DNA of 63,951 bases, the filler included, from Octopus bimaculoides (Eukaryota): NCBI RefSeq assembly GCF_001194135.2. It is 6 parts of 6 records of this genome, joined end to end, with 100 filler letters (N's around TTAATTAATTAA, not from the genome) between each part and the next. Parts side by side here need not be neighbours in the genome. Positions count along the whole stretch, not along the records: positions 20,188 to 46,619 come from NC_068987.1; 5 more parts are not named here. One strand, written 5' to 3'. The position numbers were made by a program, and so were the translations under genes. The notes below the pieces were generated by a model. That model had not been told where the DNA came from, ran no database searches, and saw nothing but the letters and a program-made list of their open reading frames with translations. Shown here in pieces: positions 21,745-36,933 of this stretch. Each line of letters opens with the position of its first letter. The stretch's first letter is position 1.

Positions 21745-23059
21745 GAATTTGTGTAAATGTGTGTAGAATAATATATCAGTTGAATAAAGTTACAACATTG
21801 TCAATTTTTCATGTTTTTTTTTTATCATTGTATTAAATTCTTTTTACAATGCTGAAGCCTGTTAAACATTAAAAACTAATATTGTATAATTGTATACATA
21901 GTTCTTATAAGGGCTTGGCTTGTGCCTCAACATGCACTGAAAGATAGACGTCAAAAGACACTATTACCACCATAAATTCTCCGAGAAAAAACATTACATA
22001 ATAGGCTAGCAGAAGAAAGAAAATGAATTATGAATTAAAGCATTGGTTAACCGCTTAAAGTAATAAAACATTACCTATTGCGTTCATCAGCCTCGGTATT
22101 CCAAGGCATAAAGATACGAGTGACCACGAATATGTAAGCGAGCTGCGTCTTCGCTTAATATATATCCGTCGAGACCCACAGAGATATGCTGCGAAGTAGA
22201 ATTCATATATGATTTTTGCCCTTTATTATTATTATAATTAATATTTGAAAAAAAATATTTACTCCTTGCTCGAAACTGTATTAACTGCAGACTTGATCTT
22301 TAACACACTGCACGTGGCTATAAGAGAAGGATATGATTTCTACTTGGCGGAATATGTCTGGGAATCGTGCTGTACGAAATTTTGTCAGTGAACAGGCCAC
22401 GGTTTCAATGCGACGAAAATATTTTGACGCAAATTAAGTTTAAATTCTTAAGGGAATCTAGCGGTTTTTTAGTGTTATTGAATGGCTTATGAACACTTTC
22501 CACAATGTATATTCGTTTTTCTCTTTATTATTTACCTCTATATTCAGCATTATACACAACATTCTCCAAACAGAAAATTATAACACTCAAAAATTGTCTT
22601 CGTAGGAACATTTTTTTCTGCATTCAACCTTATCATATTTGGAACACCTGCGACTTCTTGATACAGCAAATTGATTTTGACCCACAAAAATATTTTAAGC
22701 ATAAGGGATAACCAACTCAACTAATTGAAACAAGTAACTGTAGTAAGGAAATAAATACTATATTTTGTTAAGTGATGTCTTTGAATTTTAAGAATGCTAC
22801 ATCGCGAAAGCAGCAGCAACAGAGAATTGTCTTAAAAAGAATGACAATTATGTATTCAATGGCTGCAAGTTGATATGGGTATTATGGGGAATCAGCTGCT
22901 TTACAGCCAGTTATATTATTTGCTACCTCGAAGGTGATAGTAGCAGATTGCTTTAAATTTGCTGTATGATATTAACTATTTTCATACTTTTCTGAAATTA
23001 TAGAAGCTAAGGAACTAAGGAGGGTAGATAATGCATTGAAATTTGGGGTATTTATATAT

Positions 23060-23830
23060 CGAAGCGATGTAAAGAATTTAATGGAGAAGGGAAATGTATG
23101 ACAAAGCGAAGGAAAGAAAGAAAAAGATGTAGAAATAGAAACCGATGAAAAGAGAAAGATAGAAATAAGTAAAGAATACAGGATAAAGTGTGGGAGAGGG
23201 ATATAGAAGAGTTAAAGGGAGTGTGCAGAAGAGTGCGAAATGAGTGGAAGAAAGTATACTGAGAGACAGTGAAAGGGTGATAAAGTTAGAGAAACAGGGA
23301 GGTAAAGATATTGAAGGAAGAAGAAGTGAAAGGGGGAACAAAAGGGAAAACTGAAATAGGAAATGGTAGCGAGGGAAAGAACGAGAAATGTAGCACGAGT
23401 GAGTGAGAAAGAGAGAGAGAGAGAGAGAAACAGATAGAGAGAGAGAAACAGATAGAGAGAGAGAGAGACAGACAGAGAGAGAGACGTGCAGTAATGAAGA
23501 AAGAGTGAACAAAAGAGCAGAGAACAGATGTAAGGAATGAAGAAAAAGACAATGAAGGAAGAAAGAGACAGTCAGACAAAAAGATAGAGAAACTGTGAAT
23601 GAGAGAAAAGGAGAGGGAAAATAGCGAGAATGTGACAAGGAAGGAAGGAAGGAATGAAGGAAGGAAGAAAGGAATGAAGGAAGAAAGGAAAATAAAGAAT
23701 GAGAGATAAAAGAACTAAACAGGAATAGGAAATGAAAAAGGAGCAGAAGAGAGTTGATTATAAGGAAGCGAGAAAGAGAGTCAAAGAAAGGAAAAATCTA
23801 ACGAAAAAAAATTAACAGACAAATAGGTAC
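23060..23830 (+). repeat. Polypurine (GA-rich) low-complexity tract
   Basis: Directly visible; includes GAGAGAGAGAAACAGATA and GGAA repeats. Confidence 0.85.
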
Positions 23831-24095
23831 AGATAGATACCGAGGTGTTTCTTTTTTACTCTTTAAGAAGTTGTTGTTATGAAAAATAAACAAAACAAGA
23901 AACCTGATCATTTATTTGTGAGTGCTATGAAGAGATATTTATAAATTTTAATCTATATTCCTGTAATACTTTGTTATATGTTATTGGCGCTCTTTGGTTA
24001 AATGAAACTCATCTTCAATTCTTGATGTTATTACGCTACCATCACAGAAGAAAATGCTCTTTTTTTTATAAAAGGCAATGTTTACGAAAATAATA

Positions 24096-24146
<51 letters not shown>

Positions 24147-24328
24147 TGTATGTATGTATATATACATATATATACATATATGTATATATATATGCACACA
24201 TACATACTTGTTCATATGTGTATGTATATATTTATATAGATATAAGTATATATGTATGTATATTATATATACAAATGTATGTGTGTGCGCGTGTCTGTGT
24301 GTCCGTGTGTTTGTGTGTTTGTGTGTGT

Positions 24329-24362
<34 letters not shown>

Positions 24363-24617
24363 CACGTGTGTATTTGTGTACCTATCAATGTATGTTTTTT
24401 TTTTTCTTCTAAAAAGGAATTTCCTTTTCGCAATTACATTCAGAAATATTATTTTCGCACAAATTCTTTATCTTTTTGCGGTGCTTTCTTCAAAACTTCA
24501 AACAGTTTGACTATTCACCAGTTTAAATGCGAAATCTTAAATAATTATATCTAATTCGGAACTTCGAAGCAGTTACATATGCATATCACTTGCTGTGAAT
24601 ACCAAACTGTACTTTTT

Positions 24618-24838
24618 AGTCTTGCCGGGATTTTGGGGTTTCATTATGAATCTCGCAGGAATGTGCCCCGAAAACCCAAGTTCGACCTTCAATCTCAACT
24701 GGTACTCCTTTTATCGACTCCATGAGGATGAAAAGCGAAGTCGACCTCGCAGAAGTTGAACTCAGAATGTAAAGACAGACGAAATGCCGTTAAGCATTTT
24801 GTCCGACCTGCTAATGATTTTGCCAGCTCGGCGCCTTA
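24618..24838 (-). mobile_element. SINE family A copy
   Basis: Reverse complement of the family A head and core (GTCGACCTCG...GAACTCAGAATGTAAAGACAGACGAAATGCC...GCCAGCTCGGCGCC). Confidence 0.8.
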
Positions 24839-25914
24839 ATAACAATCAGAATCGAAATATAATGGCATTAGGAAAATTACTAATAACTGCCGTAATCAAT
24901 ATGTTCACAACAATAGCAGAGTATTGGTAAAAAGGAGAAAATTTAGGGAAACAATAAAAACAAGATGGGCAGATAATGAAGCAAAAATATTTATAAATAC
25001 TGCTCTGAGTATTAGTGGAGATAACAATAATAACAATCGTGATGTAAGCAATAATCATACTAATCATAATAATAATAGCAACCACATTAGTGACAAGGGA
25101 ACGCCTGTTCACTTAATTACTATACTAGTACTAGCATTACAGGTGGTACCATCAATAACACTGCAGTACATAAGATATAGAACAACAGACTTCACGCGTG
25201 CCGCACAAGAAATAATTTCAATATCGATAGTAATTATAACAATAATATAAATAAAGGCGAACTTTGAAGTTATTCTAACCAAAAGAAATACTGCTGTAGG
25301 ATATCTGATAATTCCCCATAGAATCACTAGCGCTGCAGTCAGTTTAATCAGAGTGATAAAGCACCTTGCGATCTTTGTAACAAAGATTCTATCATAATTC
25401 TAAAGCATAACCCCCATTACCTTTTGAATTGACAAGTTATTATTACTTACTCTCAGCAGTTCTTCAAAACATTCATGCGTTCTCATAGATTGGTATGTTA
25501 TGTCTGCTTTAGAACAACAAACTTCTCACGCGCCTGATTAGTGAAACTTGTAATTACCTTAGCTTGCCCATATCTTTTCGACCTTCATGACTTAGACTAT
25601 CTTCGAGCCTATTTTTGTTAAATAATTGCATTAACTAAGTGTAGTTGGTGCCTTACAGTAATGCTACTTGTACGCCAGTACTGACACTACTAGATTCTAT
25701 CAGTCTCTACTAAATGCATTCTCTTCCTCGAAAAATCCACCAATTCCCGCCGTTCGTATACTAGACAAATAGAATCATAATTTTGATATATCTATAAAAC
25801 CGACAAAAGCTTGTTTATTTTTATGCTTTTTGATTATTAGTGTTGCTTAATATATTTTGCTAAAATTGCTGTTTCTTTTCAGATATCATCAGAAGGTAAT
25901 TAACATTGGTGAAA

Positions 25915-26283
25915 ATTACAGATCTATCGGACTTTCAAAGAGGTCAAATTCCTGGTGTTCGTATGGCTAGAGCTACGTAACTAAAACAATCGAAATGTTT
26001 GGTGTATCAAGAAGTACTATCTCGAAAGTAATGACAGCCTTTGAGAAACAGGGAAAAACCACTTCGTCGAAACAAAACTCTGGACGAAAACCAAAACTTT
26101 CAGATAGGGACCGTCGGATGCGAATTGTTAGAGAGGATCACAAAATTACAGCTCCAAAAATTACTGTAGAGCTTAATGACCACCTCAAGTTTCCACAAAA
26201 AACTCTTCGCCGGGAGATGCGCAAAGTCGTATTTCACGGGAGGGCTGTAATCAGAAAACCACTACTTTCAAAAACAAATGTAG
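25915..26283 (+). mobile_element. Tc1-family transposase N-terminal (HTH) fragment
   Basis: TDLSDFQRGQI...FGVSRSTISKVMTAFEKQGKTTS.KQNSGRKPKLSDRDRR...RKPLLSKTNV. Its end overlaps the start of the 18072 fragment, indicating the same family. Runs into a gap. Confidence 0.88.
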
Positions 26284-28168
26284 NNNNNNNNNNNNNNNNN
26301 NNNNNNNNNNNNNNNNNNNNNNNNNNNNNNNNNNNNNNNNNNNNNNNNNNNNNNNNNNNNNNNNNNNNNNNNNNNNNNNNNNNNNNNNNNNNNNNNNNNN
26401 NNNNNNNNNNNNNNNNNNNNNNNNNNNNNNNNNNNNNNNNNNNNNNNNNNNNNNNNNNNNNNNNNNNNNNNNNNNNNNNNNNNNNNNNNNNNNNNNNNNN
26501 NNNNNNNNNNNNNNNNNNNNNNNNNNNNNNNNNNNNNNNNNNNNNNNNNNNNNNNNNNNNNNNNNNNNNNNNNNNNNNNNNNNNNNNNNNNNNNNNNNNN
26601 NNNNNNNNNNNNNNNNNNNNNNNNNNNNNNNNNNNNNNNNNNNNNNNNNNNNNNNNNNNNNNNNNNNNNNNNNNNNNNNNNNNNNNNNNNNNNNNNNNNN
26701 NNNNNNNNNNNNNNNNNNNNNNNNNNNNNNNNNNNNNNNNNNNNNNNNNNNNNNNNNNNNNNNNNNNNNNNNNNNNNNNNNNNNNNNNNNNNNNNNNNNN
26801 NNNNNNNNNNNNNNNNNNNNNNNNNNNNNNNNNNNNNNNNNNNNNNNNNNNNNNNNNNNNNNNNNNNNNNNNNNNNNNNNNNNNNNNNNNNNNNNNNNNN
26901 NNNNNNNNNNNNNNNNNNNNNNNNNNNNNNNNNNNNNNNNNNNNNNNNNNNNNNNNNNNNNNNNNNNNNNNNNNNNNNNNNNNNNNNNNNNNNNNNNNCA
27001 TTCCACAAATTGTTTCGAAGTCTAATTAATTCCAAGGCAAACACCAAAAACTCGTTATGAACTATATAGGTGTTTCCTCATCAGGAAGTTGTCTATCAAG
27101 CTACACTTATTTCTGAAGGTAATGGTTACTTTTATATTGGTTCTTTTACTTATTATATTAAGAAATAGTTTTCGAATCATTATCATTCCTTTAGGAACAG
27201 TAACAGGGCTTCTACTAGTCTTAGTAATTTCATCTGGAATCTTAAAGATAATAATAAAACGTGCTTTATTGAATGGAGCATTTTAGGGACGGCCCGGCTT
27301 ATAGGAATGGTAATAGGTTCTGCTCTCTTTGTTCTGAGAATTCATTTCTTAATCTATTTTCTCGAAGAAGGCTGCTAAACTCTGAATCTGAATGGAATTT
27401 TTCCTGTGTTCATAAGAATAAATGCGTGTTTAAAAATTTTAAGTAAGGTTGTCTATTATAAATATTTTATTAGATGATTTTAGTGGTTTTTACGAGTTTC
27501 ATAATTTCGGTTTCACCCTTTGGTTTTTACTCCTCTAATTGGTTCGTCTAGCTTCATTGTTTTTTTTTAAATTAAATTTTTAAGATATTGTGAGATATTT
27601 CAATTTTGGTCTATCTGTGGTTGTGACACGGTGATTTTTTATATTTAAATCATTTACTTATCTTACTACCGTTTTGTTATTTCTATATTCATTTATTAGC
27701 TGACCTGTGCCGTTTATAATTGATGGCTAATTACTATTTAAACATGATACAAAATGAAGTACAGAACAATCTCAGATACAAGCATTCAGATATTTCCCAA
27801 TCACACACATGTTGAAACCAAATTGGAATGATGTGAGTTTTTATCTTCAGAGTTGTACGTTTCCATCACGCACTCATGGAAATGTTTCCATTACGCACAC
27901 ACACACTCACACATCCCCCCACTCATACACATAGAGACGCACACGCATACACACACAAACATTCACATACCTCCATTTTTCATATACACACACATACACA
28001 TATACTCACACAGAGCTGAATGACTGTTTATTACTTTAGTCGCCCCACACTCTGCGTTCTTCTTTCTCAAGCAGTCATTACTTTCTCTCACTCTCTCAGT
28101 CATGGCTATTACTCTCTCCGCCTCTCCTTCACTCTATTACTTTTTTCTCTCCTCTCCCTTCACTGATA

Positions 28169-28199
<31 letters not shown>

Positions 28200-28220
<21 letters not shown>

Positions 28221-28290
28221 NNNNNNNNNNATATATAGAGAGAGAGAGAGAGAGAGAGAGGGGGGGAGACAGACAGACAGACAGACAGAC

Positions 28291-28340
<50 letters not shown>
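28200..28340. repeat. (CT)n, (GA)n, (GACA)n and (GATA)n microsatellites
   Basis: Directly visible; (CT)n starts near 28173. Confidence 0.9.
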
Positions 28341-28341
<1 letters not shown>

Positions 28342-28616
28342 AAGATAGATAGATAGATATTTCTAGTTTTCAATATCTGGAGATCTTGTTATCTTTCATT
28401 TATTTGTTCACGTCTGGGATACGAAAGGAATCTAATTTGTATTTCATGAAGAGTTTTTTTTTTTATTTTTGTCTTTGAAATTAATTAGACACCGAAACAA
28501 TTTGTAGAATGTATATTGGTTCTGTACTAACTTGGATTTGAATTAAATTAAGGTTCATCTACAATTTTTTTTCGTTTCTGTACACTTCATTTACTGTTTT
28601 TGCAAATACTGAATAT

Positions 28617-29470
28617 TTGAATATACTGTTTTTGCAAATACTGAATATTCCTCTCCCAGGAATGATACAATGCGAACAAGGACAGGTGAAGTCCCTCCTG
28701 AACTTCATCAACACTTTGTACGTGGAACAAATAGTACTCCAGCTAACTAGGGTAGGTAACATTCTAGATCTCTGTTTCACACATAATATGGATCTCATCC
28801 ATAATGTGAAAGTGACACCGACGCTACTCTAGGATCACAACATGTCAGAGCTGACCGTGCACGGACCAAAGTAAACCATAGACATGCAGCCTACAAGAAA
28901 CTCTCAGAATCTTTCCAGCTTGAACTTCCATAAGGCAAACTGGAAACAAATTGAGAAAAAGATCCTCAAACAAAACTGGCCTAAATGNNNNNNNNNNACT
29001 GGAAACAAATTGAGAAAAAGATCCTCAAACAAAACTGGCCTAAATGTCTCTCCTCACCGGACATCGACATGAAACTTCAACAATTCATGTCTGTAATGCA
29101 AGCAATATGCTACAAATGTGTCCCGGAGAAAAAGGCCACTGTCCACAACAACAAAATCCCCAGGGAGAGGAAAATTCTCATGAAACGGCGTGCAAAAGTT
29201 TCAAATCGCCTAAACAAAAAAAATTGTAAGTAGTGAAAAGTCCCGCCTGAAAGTACAACTGCTGGAGATTGAAAAAAATCTGCAACTCGTCCATGAAAAA
29301 GAAAGAGCAGAGAAAGAAACGTGAGCTGTAGATGATATAAAATCTAACGCCAGAGTTTTCTACAAGTTTGCCAACGGCAAAATAAGGCCACTCCGCGAAA
29401 AAAAATGGTATACTCACAGGTAACCCAATGAGGATAAGAGGAATACTAAATGAGCAATTCAAAAGTACTG
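28617..29470 (+). mobile_element. CR1/L2-group LINE fragment (APE end to pre-RT linker)
   Basis: LTRVGNILDLCFT...L*DHN (APE C-terminus), NFHKANWKQI, KIPRERKILMKRR, IKSNARVFYKF, with stops. Confidence 0.8.
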
Positions 29471-30221
29471 CAGCCAAAAGAGTGACTTCATTCTGAGTAG
29501 AATGTATCTTGATCGTTTTATTGTGAATTGTACACATTTTTTTCTGCTATTACTACACACGTAGTCTACAATTCACTTACTTGTTTATCAACTTACTAAA
29601 CTGAATCAAATTTTTTATCTAGTATTTTATAGATTTTTATGGATTATAAACTTTTCTTTTAGATCTTATGGATTTTTAAATTAGTATTTTGTAGAGTACG
29701 TTTTTTTTATGGTGTCTGATCTCCTTCATTGTTTGAATTGCATTTTGGTGGTTCTTCTCTAAATCATTATATATATATATATACACACATATATAAGTGT
29801 GTATGTATGTTCATGATTTCTCTTTGTCGTATAAACCATATAAATAAGTTATGCTACGTATTGATTTTCAGCTACCGAAGAGCCATAACCCCAAACAATA
29901 TAATTGGTGAAATTAATGTCTATGGAAATCTTTATTCTATTCTGATGGAAAGAGACCCTTTGAAATTGTCACCCTTATAGTATATGTGCGTATGCATGAG
30001 AGTGTGCATGTCTGTTTGTATATATGCACACGAATGCACAATGACCAATTTATGTATGTATCATAGATAGATAGATAGATACGTACACTTGCACAATCAT
30101 ATGCAGAATGGCAAACACACACGCACACAGAAAATTTCAAATATATACACATATACTTAGAAATCGATGCATTAACTCATATATACGTAAATTTAAATGA
30201 TCAAAATGATATATATATATT

Positions 30222-30437
30222 GGTTTCAAATTTTGGCACAAGCCCAGCAATTTCGGGGCAGAGCCTAAGTCAACTGCATCGACTCCACGGCTCAACTTGT
30301 ACTTATTTTATCGAACAAGAAAAGTCGAAAATCAAAGTCGACCACAGCAGTATTTGAACTCAGAACGTAAATTCAGAAGAAATGCCGCTCAGCATTTTGT
30401 CCGTTGCGGTAAGGATTCTGCCAACTCACCGCCTTCA
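30222..30437 (-). mobile_element. SINE family A copy
   Basis: TTTCAAATTTTGGCACAAG...GTACTTATTTTATCG...GAACTCAGAACGTAAA...CTGCCAACTCACCGCC. Confidence 0.8.
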
Positions 30438-31797
30438 AAATGAAAAATATATTACGTGCTGAATGTGACTATCGATACTCATATATATTTACGGTAGCCA
30501 AATGAATCTATTTGTAAGTGTATAGGTGCGGGTGTATATGAATACACATGCGACTGAGATTATCTGTATGTGCGCTTGCATGTGTTTATGTATGTGTGTA
30601 TATATTTTCAGGTTTCAAAAAATATACTGGTTGCATTGTTAATAACAATCATGCAAATTATATTATCAACGTTTCCAAATCCCTACATATACTAAAGCTT
30701 AAATTATGTAGCGTTTATCAGCCAATCCCGTTCCAATGTACAAATCTTGAGCCATATTAAAATGTGCAATCTTGATACCAATAGGCAACTCTTTCTCCTC
30801 TGTACTTTAGAATATGGCTTGGTACTTATCCAGCACTCAAAATTCGGATCAGGATTAACACCAATGATTTGTTTTCATTCTATTTGTTATATTGCAAATA
30901 TTGCGCGAAATCTAAAGACCCGATTTATTTTCTTAGTTCCTATCGCGCATGAGAAATTCCGGTCTTTATCTTCTCTGCATTTATAAAATATTTAGTAGTG
31001 AATTAAAGGTGTTAATCAACGTGATAAGAGATAAGCACAGCCACTATTTCAAACCAATTCACTTCTAGAAAACAGTGATGGCTTTCAGGAAATGGATGAA
31101 TATTTCAACATCTATTTACGCTAAATCTGGGAACTTCATTCATAAATTGTAAAACGGAAACTAATTCCAGACCGGTTGTTACTATGCTGCTGTTGTAATA
31201 ACCAATGTATTCCTTAAATATTCTTTGCTTTGCTTTTATGTAAGCCATGTCAACATACACGAAATCGAACAAAGAAAGCCGTGGCAACTGTAATAATTAC
31301 GTCATATTTCCTACAGAATGTATTTAGGTGGACATATGACAATACGCCTTTCCATCAGTCGATGGCTGAGTTATGATGGAGGTTCGGTTATAATGTTGTT
31401 AGTAGTGGTGCTGTAATTTCCTTTCTGTTTGTATGATTCTTCGATAGAAATTTTATCTCCTCTGTATGTACACGCATACAATAAACAGTAGATACACACT
31501 CATGAATACAGTCTTTCAGTGTTCTTTACAATTTTTTCTTATCAACAAAATTCACACCAGTCGGGGTTTAATCTTCATATTTTTTTGTTAAACAGATATT
31601 ATTTATAAAGACAAACAGAAAATGATAATTTAAGTATGAAAAGGAACGCGAAAGGACGAAGAGAGTGTGAGGATAGTTGTAATGATGATAGCAGAGGTTG
31701 TGTGACAGAGAATGTTGGAAAAGAGATTATAAGAAAGGAGTTAATATGGAAAAGGGAAAACATAAGTGATAAGAAAGCAACAGAGACAGGGTGATTA

Positions 31798-32510
31798 AAG
31801 AAGAAGAAGAAGAAGAAGAAGAAGAAGAAGAAGAAGAAGAAGAAGAAGAAGAAGAAGAAGAAGAAGAAGAAGAAGNNNNNNNNNNNNNNNNNNNNNNNNN
31901 NNNNNNNNNNNNNNNNNNNNNNNNNNNNNNNNNNNNNNNNNNNNNNNNNNNNNNNNNNNNNNNNNNNNNNNNNNNNNNNNNNNNNNNNNNNNNNNNNNNN
32001 NNNNNNNNNNNNNNNNNNNNNNNNNNNNNNNNNNNNNNNNNNNNNNNNNNNNNNNNNNNNNNNNNNNNNNNNNNNNNNNNNNNNNNNNNNNNNNNNNNNN
32101 NNNNNNNNNNNNNNNNNNNNNNNNNNNNNNNNNNNNNNNNNNNNNNNNNNNNNNNNNNNNNNNNNNNNNNNNNNNNNNNNNNNNNNNNNNNNNNNNNNNN
32201 NNNNNNNNNNNNNNNNNNNNNNNNNNNNNNNNNNNNNNNNNNNNNNNNNNNNNNNNNNNNNNNNNNNNNNNNNNNNNNNNNNNNNNNNNNNNNNNNNNNN
32301 NNNNNNNNNNNNNNNNNNNNNNNNNNNNNNNNNNNNNNNNNNNNNNNNNNNNNNNNNNNNNNNNNNNGAAGAAGATGAAGAAAAAGGAGAAGGAGGAGGA
32401 GGAGGAGGAGGAGGATAAGGAGAAGAAGAAGAAGAAAAAAAAGAAGAACAAGAAGAACAAGAACAAGAACAACAACAACAACAACAACAGCAGGAACAAC
32501 AACAAAAATG
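31798..32510. repeat. (GAA)n grading into (GAG)n, (AAG)n and (AAC)n across a gap
   Basis: Directly visible. Confidence 0.9.
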
Positions 32511-32696
32511 ACAAAAGCATTAACAAAAAGAACGACAAGGTAAATGAGTTAAAGGAAGGGGTGAGAAGGAGAAACAGACAAATGTAGGAAACAGAAACAC
32601 AAAAAGTTAGCTTCATCTAATAGCAGCTACAATTTGAAACAAAACATGACGAGATAAAGAAAGATATATCAGCAGCAGGAGCAGCAGGAGCAGAAA

Positions 32697-32728
<32 letters not shown>

Positions 32729-33352
32729 TACTTGTTTATTTTGACGTTATATATTATTGCAATTGTTAGCATCATTATTACTTCTCTCGATAGCTGCACT
32801 TCCTCTAAGTTTTAAACAAAAGGTCTGATACAGACAGGAAGTTCTTTTCTTTTTCTTTATCTGACGTTTTTCAACTCTACCACAAATGTTTTTGTATCAC
32901 GCAATCTTCTTGCCTCTTCGCTATTTTTGTTGTTGCTATTGTTGTTGCTGTTAATGTTATTGTCTTCAAGATATTTCATTATTCTTGTAACGTGTTGTTC
33001 CTGTGAGTGAATGTGTGTATGCATTTTTTAAACTCTCTTCCTGTTTCTTTGAAACAGAGGTTCATACTGTTGTTAATATTTGATATTTTGCTATTTTTGC
33101 ATTAAATATTGTTGCTGTCGTTATTCTTGTGCTTATTGATGATGTTGAGTTAGTATGACTGATGTATTGTTATTGACGTTCTTTGTGCAGTTCAATTCAT
33201 TTTCGCTATTTTCAGCATATAGTGCGTGTGCGTGAGTGTGTGTGTGTTTGTAGTGTGTGTATGCATTACTATGTACATAAATATCTATGTGTATATATGC
33301 ATACATATATATGCATAGATAGTCAGACAGACAGACAGACAGATGGATATAT

Positions 33353-33402
<50 letters not shown>

Positions 33403-33885
33403 GTACATACACACACACATACACTGATGCACACACACACANNNNNNNNNNNNNNNNNNNNNNNNNNNNNNNNNNNNNNNNNNNNNNNNNNNNNNNNNNN
33501 NNNNNNNNNNNNNNNNNNNNNNNNNNNNNNNNNNNNNNNNNNNNNNNNNNNNNNNNNNNNNNNNNNNNNNNNNNNNNNNNNNNNNNNNNNNNNNNNNNNN
33601 NNNNNNNNNNNNNNNNNNNNNNNNNNNNNNNNNNNNNNNNNNNNNNNNNNNNNNNNNNNNNNNNNNNNNNNNNNNNNNNNNNNNNNNNNNNNNNNNNNNN
33701 NNNNNNNNNNNNNNNNNNNNNNNNNNNNNNNNNNNNNNNNNNNNNNNNNNNNNNNNNNNNNNNNNNNNNNNNNNNNNNNNNNNNNNNNNNNNNNNNNNNN
33801 NNNNNNNNNNNNNNNNNNNNNNNNNNNNNNNNNNNNNNNNNNNNNNNNNNNNNNNNNNNNNNNNNNNNNNNNNNNNNNNNNNNNN

Positions 33886-33916
<31 letters not shown>

Positions 33917-36900
33917 ATGGATATTTTATCATACGAATTATATCAGTTAAATGAGCATATTTATGAGAACAAACTTTTCCATTTCTTCTTAATACCATCC
34001 ATTACACATTATTTTTATTCAATGCTTCATATTCATGTGACCATATAAGCTGTGAGATATAAACATATAGAGGTATAAATATATATACTCGTATGTATCC
34101 GTAAGATAGGACAGTTGTTAGAAAAACTCTTTATATATGCATATATATGAAGATGTCTATACATATACAAATATATTTATACATTCACATTTACATACAT
34201 ACATAAATACACACACATACTCTTTATTGATATGTGTATTTATATGATCGTGTCCGCATATGTATAACAACTACAATGAATATTATCAGATAGACACACA
34301 CGCATATTATTATATATATATATGTGTGTGTATGTGTGTGTGTGTGTGAGTGTGTGTTTGTGTGTGTGTGTATGTATACCTCCAAACCTTCAAATATATA
34401 TATATATATATATATATACATACATACATACGTACGTACATGCATACATACGTTCATACGCACATACATACACACACACTTATATATGTGTACGTATGTT
34501 TATATTTACATATTATACAATATACCTCTATATATAATATATTGTATATACCTATACATGTGTCTGTATGGTGGGGTTTACGTCTATGTATAGTCATTTG
34601 TACGTATAGTCAGCTATGCAGAAATTTTGTATACTGTGAGTCATACTACATTGTTATTGCTTGACCTTACAGAATAAGTCATCGAATGACATATACAAAG
34701 AAATCCTCCTCAAAGCTTTCAAGAAAATTGACATTTGTTATAAATCTAGATATTTGCAAGAACCTATATTGACATTCCACACGATTTCATTTTCTTGTGT
34801 TTGCAGCTAGATTTAGCCAGAACCATCCACTTATAATGATTTTCAGTATTGGTTGATTCAAGTACGCGTGTGTATTTGATGTCGGTACACCAATACAACA
34901 ACCACTGTGTCGACAGTTCATATCAAAGCACCGCTTCGATGTCTTTGTCGTTGTGAAACAGTTTTAATTCGGTCGTTACCTACTTATTTTCCATCCCACT
35001 GGAGATGTAATGCACCCACAATATTGCTATCACGAATTGGAATCAATAATTTACACTGTGTTGTGCTGAGTATATAATTCAATGGGTTTATCAAGAAAGT
35101 TGAAATTCCACTGAAGCCTATTGAAAAAAGAACTCTTACATTTGATTGAGTCATTGTTCACAAAAAAGACTAATATTATTTGATGAGTTTTAAGGCATAT
35201 AAGTGCAACATAATGAAGTCACCAACGGTGCAAATAACATAACATGCGTAAAGAACATGAAAAAAATTAAAAACAGGACAAGTAAATACAGAGAAAGGAC
35301 CCTTCGTTATTTGTTGGCTGTCTAGCTACTCCTTATTTCGAGCATTCTACGACAATACGAGTCTTCAAAGAGAGTTTCTCCTATAAATTCTAAAATAAAA
35401 TTTAATACTTACGGCTGCACGACCTAAATGTGGCTAACCCTTATGGGTTGATGCTACTTTAGCTTGTATATCCAGAAAGATATCTCCTCCAGCTGGCTAT
35501 TGACACACTTTTTGTGCCCTATCAGTAGATAGACATATGTATGTTACATCAGTATAAATTGATACAATAGATTATATTTATCTTAACCACTAATTATTGG
35601 CAACTACCATGGTAGTGTAAGTGCTTTGGATGATACATTTTCCATAGTCATCTCTATATCCTGTTGATCTTACCATTCTGTCATCTTCCTGAGGCCATAC
35701 CTAGGATTTTCTATCTTCCTCTTGGCATGTTTCCAGTTTAACCTTATCACATACTCGGTCATACGTGTCTCTTTTCGAAAAAGCTAAAACAGGCCAACTT
35801 TCTGCTCTGTCCTTGTCTTCTGTTTTTTAAAATAAATTCTCGGCATTCAGATATTTATATTAACACTGGAAATTCCAAAGCTGTTGGAAATTTCAGTTGG
35901 CTTTTGTAAGTTATCAATTGATTATTCTGGAAATTGTTTAAAGACAAACTACTACATTTTGCGTTCGTAATTCTTCTTATCTGTTTTCCGTAATCAAATT
36001 GACTCGTAAAAGTAATTTCATGATTCAAACATTAAATCCCACATTTCTTGATAGGAATGGATATTGTCAATGCATCATCCTAACTATATTGCAACTGTAA
36101 ATGTATGTACATTTATATCTAACGCGTACGTTTCTGTGCACTATAAAATAGAAAAACCTTGTACAAGAAAATCGTAAATGCTGAGAGTGAAAATACGCCG
36201 ATATGGATTTTGAATGATGTGACCGGAATATATGAAACATATTTCGAGTCTGTTGCCTTTCATCATCAGCTACAGAAACCGAATTTTACTTGCCATTCTG
36301 ATATGTAATCTGCAACCTTCTTCACGGTTTCTTCGTGCAAATGTTTTCATGCTAGAATTCATTAAAGGTATACTTTACAGTCTGAGGGCATTATTCACAG
36401 CTCAAATTGATAGGGTTACGGCACATTGAATCTAAGGAGTACTTCAGCCCCGAGACACTAAGTGCTTCCACGTTATTTCCACGTTTGACGAACATGTTAT
36501 GTGTAAATGAACACAACTTCGTTTCAATATACACAAAACCATTGTATAGACGAAAGGAATGTAAATATTGATGCTGATGAAATTTACACTCTGAATGTAT
36601 CAAAGCAGAAAACAATTCTGTTCTACTTAACCTAGAAATATGTTAGAATTTGGCAGAATCGTTACGGTGTCGCAGAAATTTCATTGACGGTTTCTTTATG
36701 CTCTTTGTTCAAATCCTGCTGAGGTTCACTTCGTTTTTCAATTCTCCGAGGGGGTTTTTTTTTGTTTTTTTTAGATCAAATGAAAGTATCAGTCAAATAC
36801 TGTAGCGAGCAAATAAAGAGAACGATTAATATTTTGTTAAATGTCGGAAAAGCTAGAGAACGTTCAAATTCGTAATCGGTTTCGTAAATTCGGTTAACCA

Positions 36901-36933
36901 TTAGCTAAATTCTCTGAACAATCCAAGTGTGTT

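Noticed and set aside
22095-22143. Possible 43-bp micro-exon (TTCATCAG...AT|GTAAGC, LGIPRHKDTSDHEY)
   Set aside because: Splice-like motifs of this quality occur by chance; no homology or neighbouring exons.
28939-29046. 48-bp direct repeat across an 11-N gap within the CR1-group fragment
   Set aside because: Assembly overlap artefact.
31105-31287. 60-aa minus-strand ORF with flanking AG/GT
   Set aside because: Weak polypyrimidine tract and no recognisable domain.
34690-35410. Possible PLE GIY-YIG or terminal remnant
   Set aside because: No convincing motif in any frame.
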